From NCBI GenBank assembly GCA_039680575.1, contig JBDKSP010000048.1, forward strand, positions 1 to 15,189: a DNA stretch of 15,189 nucleotides. Reading direction: 5' to 3'. A program made the position numbers and the translations under genes. Below are positions 6,336 through 12,405 of the stretch, piece after piece; within the stretch, counting starts at the first letter, position 1, and every line of letters starts with the position of its first letter. A model generated the notes under the pieces. It saw nothing but the letters and a program-made list of their open reading frames with translations. It did no database searches and was not told where the DNA came from. Source of the stretch: Armatimonadota bacterium (GTDB lineage: Bacteria; Armatimonadota; UBA5829; DTLH01).

Positions 6336-8294
6336 ATGACAGACACAACCAGCGCATGTAATAAGCATACTGTGTCACTTTTGGACATATTAACTGACTT
6401 AAGATTCGATTGCCTGGTCGATTCCGTTGAAACAAGCTGCAACTTGCCGCATAATGAACTTGCTGAGATACTGGCTGGAGACACATCAAAAGTCCGTTCT
6501 GCCGATAACATAGAGTTCGAGATCAAGACCGTGTGTGATTCGGACAATTGCATAAGGCATGGGCAGTTGAATATTGCGAATCTCGGTATAAGAGAAGTCG
6601 AACTCAAGAATATCGCACAGACATTTTCCATTTCTACGAAATGCGCAGCCGTACAGGCTTTGACGAACATCTGGTGCAGAGAATCGCAGGCTGTGAGTAT
6701 CGATGTCGATAACGCTCCGGCTGTTATCCAGGCCAGAGGGCGTTCATGCCAAGGATATGTGCCGTATTTACGCGTCGACCTAAGCGAAAGCGACTGCTTG
6801 ACACTCAACCTCATCCCCTGCGGCGACTGGCGTATATCCGCCGGGAAAAACGAGACCAAAGACACGCTGGAAATAACTCTGGACAGACCAGACGAGTGCA
6901 TAATTCAGCTTAAGCCGGGAGAGGTCTGCAGCGTCGGGCTTGATTGGCTTGTTCAGATATGCAATAAGGATGATATATCCATTGCCGGATGCCATGTTCA
7001 GCGATATGCGCTGGAGCATCTCGATCGCCGGAATGCGGATGCAGTGCTGCCTGTGGTATACAACTCCTGGTTTGACAGGTTTCACAAAATCTCACCTGAA
7101 AGCCTTGAAATCCAGCTCGACACTGCCGCTCAGGTAGGCTGCGAAGTCTTTGTAGTGGATGCCGGTTGGTATGGTGACCCAAAGCTCGGCGATTGGGCTT
7201 CTGTAGGTGACTGGAGTGAAAGACCGACTGTGTTCGCAAAAAGCACCCTCTCTGACTTTGCCGACCTGGTGCGTTCGAAGGGCATGGATTTCGGTATATG
7301 GATGGAACCTGAAAGGGTAAACGCGAATGCGCCTGTAAGGATCAGCCACCCGGATTGGTTTTTTGATGCGGATTCCAAAGGGTTCTGCTATCCTGACTTT
7401 ATGAACCCCGAAGCCCGCAACTGGGTCTTTTCCGAAATTTGCAGGGTCGTCGAGACCTATGGAGTTAAGTGGCTGAAGGTCGACTGCAACTTCGACTTTT
7501 CTCATGACCCTCACAAGCTCGGCCACCAGTCCCGGTTGCAGGTATGGCATGGCATACTGGATGAAATCAGCAATAATTACCCGAGCCTGGTAGTGGAAGG
7601 ATGCTCAAGCGGGGGACTGAGAAACGACCTTTTGGCTACTTCCTATTTTTACACTAATTTCTTGTCCGACACGGTCGATCCGGTCGACACAATAAGAATT
7701 GGAATGTCCGGTTTGTCCCGTTTGGCTCCACGGAAGACATCCAAATGGGTGGTGCTGTATCCAACAGGCAACGGGTGGACGCCTTACGGCAACGATGGTC
7801 TCGATACCGGAGACCTTGTCTTGTGTCCGGCGACAGCTACCGCGGACAAAGTATCATCGTATCATATCGACTTCGCATTACGGGCTGGCATGACAGGAGT
7901 AATGGGGATCGCCGGAAATATTGCAGGGCTCGACAGTAAGATGCGTGGCTTATTGGCTGAGTATGTGGCGTTTTACAAGGACAATCGAGAGTTCATCCAG
8001 AACTCGATTGCAATTCCGCTGACACCCATAGAACCTTTGGACAATCGCAGAGGCATATCGGTCATTCAACTGTCGGACCGCAACTTCAAACGCAGCATGC
8101 TGTTTGTATACAATATAGATTCAGAGTCGAGTAAGGTGGTTGTCAAACCGCAGTGTATAGACGCATCGGTCCCACATAAAGTCGAATGTACTGATGGCTG
8201 CAAGATTGAATGTCCCGAGAACCTGCAGAGCGGCTTTGAGGTCGAATGCCCGCATGGACACGCAAAGATCATAATCATCGAGCCAGCCTCCTGA
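6336..8294 (+). CDS. Glycoside hydrolase family 36 (alpha-galactosidase / melibiase-like), 652 aa, no obvious signal peptide
   Basis: GGAGGA RBS. GH36 motifs PVVYNSW, FVVDAGWY, GDW, FGIWMEPE, LKVDCN (nucleophile Asp), EGCSSGG and SDT (acid/base Asp). Confidence 0.9.
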   Translation: MTDTTSACNKHTVSLLDILTDLRFDCLVDSVETSCNLPHNELAEILAGDTSKVRSADNIEFEIKTVCDSDNCIRHGQLNIANLGIREVELKNIAQTFSISTKCAAVQALTNIWCRESQAVSIDVDNAPAVIQARGRSCQGYVPYLRVDLSESDCLTLNLIPCGDWRISAGKNETKDTLEITLDRPDECIIQLKPGEVCSVGLDWLVQICNKDDISIAGCHVQRYALEHLDRRNADAVLPVVYNSWFDRFHKISPESLEIQLDTAAQVGCEVFVVDAGWYGDPKLGDWASVGDWSERPTVFAKSTLSDFADLVRSKGMDFGIWMEPERVNANAPVRISHPDWFFDADSKGFCYPDFMNPEARNWVFSEICRVVETYGVKWLKVDCNFDFSHDPHKLGHQSRLQVWHGILDEISNNYPSLVVEGCSSGGLRNDLLATSYFYTNFLSDTVDPVDTIRIGMSGLSRLAPRKTSKWVVLYPTGNGWTPYGNDGLDTGDLVLCPATATADKVSSYHIDFALRAGMTGVMGIAGNIAGLDSKMRGLLAEYVAFYKDNREFIQNSIAIPLTPIEPLDNRRGISVIQLSDRNFKRSMLFVYNIDSESSKVVVKPQCIDASVPHKVECTDGCKIECPENLQSGFEVECPHGHAKIIIIEPAS

Positions 8295-8300
8295 GGCTGC

Positions 8301-8330
8301 TTGCCTGTTTGCTGGTCGATGCCTTAAAAT
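8301..8330 (+). promoter_or_regulatory. Putative sigma70 promoter for darA-holB
   Basis: TTGCCT (8301-8306), 18-nt spacer, TAAAAT (8325-8330). Predicts a leader of about 55 nt before the darA ATG. Confidence 0.55.
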
Positions 8331-8392
8331 AAAAATCATGCTGAACCCGGCACGGCCGGAGGCTGGCGAATGGGAATTGGAGGGTTGCTCAC

Positions 8393-8722
8393 ATGAAGCT
8401 CTTGATTACAATTATCCACGAACGGGACCACGCCAAAGTCTCGGAATCGCTTCTCACCGCGGGATACAAGTTTACTAAAATCTCCACGACAGGAGGATTC
8501 CTGCGTGATGGGAACGCTACGCTGCTTATCGGCGTAGATGATGAGGAGATCGATACCGTTATCGGCCTCGTTCAGGACTCCTGCAAAACGCGCGAGCAGT
8601 ACGTCAGCCTGCCGCCGCCTGATGTAATGCCTGCAGGTACGTTCATACCGAATCCGGTAAAGGTCTCAGTGGGCGGCGCTGTTATATTCGTTGTTAATGT
8701 AGAACGTTTCGAAAGACTTTGA
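8393..8722 (+). CDS. darA: Cyclic-di-AMP receptor, PII-like (DarA/PstA/YaaQ), 109 aa
   Basis: Signature TKISTTGGFLRDGNATLLIGV and VSVGGAVIFV. GGAGG RBS. Sits next to holB, as in Firmicutes. Confidence 0.95.
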   Translation: MKLLITIIHERDHAKVSESLLTAGYKFTKISTTGGFLRDGNATLLIGVDDEEIDTVIGLVQDSCKTREQYVSLPPPDVMPAGTFIPNPVKVSVGGAVIFVVNVERFERL

Positions 8723-8723
8723 T

Positions 8724-9743
8724 TTGACTCGATTTGAAGAACTCATAGGCCAGGAAATGGCATCTGCAGTCCTCAGGAAATCGGTCCTGGAGGACCGGAT
8801 TATGCACGCTTACCTGTTTACTGGACCACAGGGAACGGGGAAGCTGACAGCGGCGCTGGCGTTCGCCGCAGCGCTGAACTGCGAAGACCGGCAGGAAGAT
8901 GGTGATTCGTGCGGCAACTGCCTTCAGTGCAGGATGATGCATGGCGACGGCCACCCGGATGTCGAAATAATCTATCCTGATGGGGCAGAAACAAAGATCA
9001 GGCAGATGCGCGAGATGCGAAGAGCCGCGCAATATGCCCCGGTAAGAGGAAAGTGGAAAGTCGTCATCGTGGAGCAGTCCGATACAATGAACGAAGAGTC
9101 TTCCAACTGCATCCTAAAGACTCTGGAAGAGCCTCCGCATTATCTGACTATCATACTCCTTTCGCGTAATCCAGCGCTTGTGCTCCCTACTATAAAATCG
9201 CGTTGCATGCAGGTCAGGTTCTCTGGAGTCCCGGCGGAAAGCCTTGCTTCTTTGCTCATCGAACGGTTCGATATAGACCAATCCCGTGCGGATTTCCTGG
9301 CCGCATATTCCGAAGGCAGGCCGGGACTTGCCATATCCATTCTCAAGAACGAAAACTTCGACGAGTGGAGGGAAAAGGTCATTGAATTTGCCGTCGATAT
9401 CTCATCATCCGACCTGCGGCATGCCCTGAGACTGTCCGAAGAGCTTCAAACCCTGGCTGACGGCAGCAAAGAAGAGGGCAAAACGCAGAGAATAGCGATG
9501 AAATCTGTGCTGGATGTTATTATCCTCTGGTACCGCGACCTTTTGAGCCTTTCCGTCCGAGGTGAGGATGCCCAACTGGTAAATACGGATATATGCCACC
9601 GGCTTTCTGCATTTTCTATGACACCGGAGCGTGCATCATCAGCCATTGAGACACTCCTCTGGGCGCGGCGTGCTATTGAAGGGAATGCAAACATCCAGCT
9701 CATCTCAGACGTGACTATGATGAAGCTTACAGCGGGTGTTTGA
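8724..9743 (+). CDS. holB: DNA polymerase III subunit delta'
   Basis: HAYLFTGPQGTGK, four-Cys zinc module (C..CGNCLQC), HPDV, LKTLEEPP and TIKSRC. TTG start separated from the darA stop by 1 nt. Confidence 0.95.
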   Translation: MTRFEELIGQEMASAVLRKSVLEDRIMHAYLFTGPQGTGKLTAALAFAAALNCEDRQEDGDSCGNCLQCRMMHGDGHPDVEIIYPDGAETKIRQMREMRRAAQYAPVRGKWKVVIVEQSDTMNEESSNCILKTLEEPPHYLTIILLSRNPALVLPTIKSRCMQVRFSGVPAESLASLLIERFDIDQSRADFLAAYSEGRPGLAISILKNENFDEWREKVIEFAVDISSSDLRHALRLSEELQTLADGSKEEGKTQRIAMKSVLDVIILWYRDLLSLSVRGEDAQLVNTDICHRLSAFSMTPERASSAIETLLWARRAIEGNANIQLISDVTMMKLTAGV

Positions 9744-9763
9744 ATCACAACCGGCGCGGAAAA

Positions 9764-9804
9764 GGGCCTAACGGCCCGCTTCGGCAGCAAGCAGTCCGAA
9801 GCAA
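9764..9804. repeat. Dispersed palindromic repeat, copy 2 (two abutting hairpins)
   Basis: GGGCC-TAAC-GGCCC (9764-9777), then GCTTCGG-N11-CCGAAGC (9778-9802). 25/26 identical to 4063-4088. Confidence 0.85.
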
Positions 9805-9830
9805 CGGAACTAAAAAATACTTACGAACCT

Positions 9831-11045
9831 ATGAATAAGCATACGGACAAAACAAAAGTGCTCTGGTGCGATGCCGAGGCAAACCTTTGGGCGCTTGACT
9901 CCCACGAGAAGGTCGCGGAGCTTGCCGGTCAGTGCAAAGAGGCCGGCATCGATGTAATTGCAGTCGATGTAAAACCGCTCACGGGCGTCGTCTTGTATAA
10001 CAGCCGGATTGCACCGAGGATCAAAGCCTGGAGCGGACGGGAATATCCCGAAAACTATGATCTGCTGCAGGTGATGGTAGAGGAAGGTCACAGAGCTGGA
10101 ATAGCGGTCCATGCATCCATAAACGTCTTTGCTGAAGCATCTACCGAACAGCCGGAAGGCGGAGCGGCTATCGCGCATCCTGAATGGCAATGCATCAAGT
10201 ATGAGCTCGATAAAAATGGCAAAGCAAGACTAGTTCCGACCAGTAAAGCTGCCGATCAGCACTTTGCGATCTTCGTAAATCCAGCTAACCAAGATGTGCA
10301 GGCTTATGAGCTTTCGATCATCTCCGAGATCATCAGCAATTACGATGTAGACGGCATCGTGCTGGACCGGATGCGCTATCCCGGCATCCACGCAGACTTC
10401 AGCGAGCTGTCGAAAGAGATGTTCGAGAAGTGGATTGGGGCTAAAGTCGAGCGTTTTCCTGAGGATATTTTCGAAATTGATCCTCTGCCCGGCTGTGGTG
10501 TGATCCGTGGAAAACACTTCGGCAGTTGGATGGAGTGGCGTGCGAAAGTAATACATGACTTCGCAGCGGATGTCCGCCGCACGGTAAAGTCGATCAGAGC
10601 TGAAGCACAGGTCGGAGTTTATGTCGGTTCATGGTATAATTTCTACTACGATGTCGGCGTAAACTGGGCAAACCCGAAGCATGAGCCGCCTTACGACTTT
10701 GCATCTTCGACTTATAAAGACACCGGCTACGGAGATCTTGTCGACTGGATATGTACAGGCTGCTACTACCCCCACCCCACACGCGAGGAAGCCCGCGCCG
10801 CAGGTATAGCAGAGTGGAAAAGCGTGGAAGCTGGTTGCGAAGAGTCCATGGATGTCGTGGAAAACGAGATTCCCGTTTACGCGAGCCTTTATCTCAGGGA
10901 TTATAAAGGTAAACCCGACGTTTTCGAGCGTGCGATTGATATGGCGTTGACCAAAACCCAGGGTGTTATGCTCTTCGACCTCGTTTATCTTCGAGATTAC
11001 GGCTGGTGGGATTTGCTGAAACGTAAATTTAGTGGAAAGCGGTAG
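9831..11045 (+). CDS. Putative glycoside hydrolase, GHL10 (family 10-like) TIM barrel, 404 aa, no obvious signal peptide
   Basis: YDLLQVMVEEGHRAGIAVHASINVF and FVNPANQDVQAYELSIISEIISNYDVDGIVLDRMRY match the GHL10/DUF187 pattern. Confidence 0.82.
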   Translation: MNKHTDKTKVLWCDAEANLWALDSHEKVAELAGQCKEAGIDVIAVDVKPLTGVVLYNSRIAPRIKAWSGREYPENYDLLQVMVEEGHRAGIAVHASINVFAEASTEQPEGGAAIAHPEWQCIKYELDKNGKARLVPTSKAADQHFAIFVNPANQDVQAYELSIISEIISNYDVDGIVLDRMRYPGIHADFSELSKEMFEKWIGAKVERFPEDIFEIDPLPGCGVIRGKHFGSWMEWRAKVIHDFAADVRRTVKSIRAEAQVGVYVGSWYNFYYDVGVNWANPKHEPPYDFASSTYKDTGYGDLVDWICTGCYYPHPTREEARAAGIAEWKSVEAGCEESMDVVENEIPVYASLYLRDYKGKPDVFERAIDMALTKTQGVMLFDLVYLRDYGWWDLLKRKFSGKR

Positions 11046-11079
11046 GCCTTTTTATTACGAAAGGGATTAGTGGAAAGTG

Positions 11080-11109
11080 TGCTTCGGGACGTAAAGCGGT
11101 CCCGAAGCA
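11080..11109. repeat. 11-bp perfect hairpin related to the GCTTCGG/CCGAAGC repeat; possible terminator or RNA stabiliser
   Basis: TGCTTCGGGAC-GTAAAGCG-GTCCCGAAGCA, about 35 nt after the GHL10 stop. No clear U-tract. Confidence 0.7.
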
Positions 11110-11131
11110 TAGGGTATGTCATGTTGGACTA

Positions 11132-11185
11132 CCACAACGTCATGCTGAGCTTGACTCAGCATCCAGGAAAACAATGGCCCCTGAA
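11132..11185. repeat. CGTC-tagged REP doublet, copy 2 (second unit truncated)
   Basis: CCACAACGTCATGCTGAGCTTGACTCAGCATCCAGGAAAA is identical to 5962-6001. It continues cAATGGcCCCTGAA with 2 mismatches before similarity ends. Confidence 0.88.
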
Positions 11186-11211
11186 ACGCGTTAGTTCATT
11201 GTGGTGTCTTT

Positions 11212-11280
11212 ACTGACGGCTGATTGCTGATAGCTATTTCTGTTCCCTATTTCGTGTTTTCTTGGTTTCGTGCTTTCGTG
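11212..11280. repeat. Compound short tandem repeat (GCTGANN)x3 + TTCCCTA + TTTCGTG x3
   Basis: ACTGACG GCTGATT GCTGATA, then ATTTCTG TTCCCTA, then three TTTCGTG units. The first two blocks are in the same order as at 222-287. Confidence 0.75.
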
Positions 11281-11295
11281 ATTAAAAACAATAAA

Positions 11296-12405
11296 ATGAA
11301 ACTTCGATTCTTTATCATCATAGCCACTATTCTTTGCATCCCGGCGGCTGTCAGCGCGTTCGAGACGCAGGAGATTTCTCGGATTCGTGTCGAGAACTCC
11401 GCCGGAGGTAGTGTTAAGGTCTCTCTCGATAAAGGGGCAACCTATACATGCATCGGGCGAGTCTCTCGCCCCGCCACTATGGCAATCAAGGGATTTCCTG
11501 CATCGGCTTACTTGCCGGATGGTGTTGTAGCAGCGACCGCAATCCACGGTATTCGGCTGAAGACCGGCACGGATAAATACGGACAGCCAATGATGGTCAG
11601 CCTCGTCCCTGCGGAGTTTTCAAACACGCCGAAAGGCTATGGCGGCCACATCCCGCGAAAATCCGGGGTCTACACCAATATCCCGGCAGGCTGCGGTATC
11701 TTCCGTAACCTCGCGCCGTTCGTCGGCAACCCGATCAGGCTGGAGCGTAACCGACAACTCGTATCTCTGCCGAAGAGATGGCAGCCAAAAGGCGGTGAGG
11801 TCATAGTAATAATCGTCCGAATCCCAAAACCTTACCTGCGCGAGCTGGAAATCGAGAATAAAGTGGGCGGGCAGGTAGTTACGCGGTATGATGACGGGCG
11901 TGAGGCGCGTATCGCAACCGTTACCCAGCCCGTAAAGGGGATAGGTCGGTTCGACGGCACAAGTTATACAGGAGTCGGGCTCATCAACACCAACCACGCC
12001 GGTGTCGTAACGATTTCGTCCGCTCCAATCTCCACACTGTCCCTCTTCGAAGGCGAAGGACCTGAGCGGCGCGGCGGGTTCGAAATTCAGCCGTCAGCGC
12101 ACGCGAAAACCCAGCCTCCGATGACCCAGGCTCTCATAATTGCACCTGCTCCCGGTGTAAAGCCACTCGAAGGCTCTGCTCCAATATTTTTTGGCTATAT
12201 CGGGCTGGCATACGACCCGCTGAACCCGAATGATTCCCTCCGCGTCGAAGTTTCCATATCCGATGGCGAATGGCAACCTATGCCGGAGATGATGGGAAGA
12301 GACGATCAGGCGGTTACCCGTCAGAACATAACCAAATTCAGGCTGATTTTCCCCAAATATGACCAGGAATTCTTGAAACGCGCTCTTGCGAATGCTGTCA
12401 ATTAA
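11296..12405 (+). CDS. Secreted hypothetical protein with an internal two-fold repeat (369 aa from ATG 11296)
   Basis: MKLRFFIIIATILCIPAAVSA is a typical signal peptide. The track's upstream extension (11224-11295) runs through tandem repeats. No family recognised. Confidence 0.8.
   Translation: MKLRFFIIIATILCIPAAVSAFETQEISRIRVENSAGGSVKVSLDKGATYTCIGRVSRPATMAIKGFPASAYLPDGVVAATAIHGIRLKTGTDKYGQPMMVSLVPAEFSNTPKGYGGHIPRKSGVYTNIPAGCGIFRNLAPFVGNPIRLERNRQLVSLPKRWQPKGGEVIVIIVRIPKPYLRELEIENKVGGQVVTRYDDGREARIATVTQPVKGIGRFDGTSYTGVGLINTNHAGVVTISSAPISTLSLFEGEGPERRGGFEIQPSAHAKTQPPMTQALIIAPAPGVKPLEGSAPIFFGYIGLAYDPLNPNDSLRVEVSISDGEWQPMPEMMGRDDQAVTRQNITKFRLIFPKYDQEFLKRALANAVN

Noticed and set aside
8295..8392. 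Complete canonical c-di-AMP riboswitch as a feature call
   Set aside because: The spacer is 98 nt and the predicted leader about 55 nt, too short for the full aptamer, and the central conserved blocks are missing. Reported only as a speculative finding.
11224..11295. N-terminal extension of the 393-aa ORF from a TTG start
   Set aside because: It is encoded by tandem-repeat DNA. ATG 11296 gives a clean signal peptide at the N-terminus.
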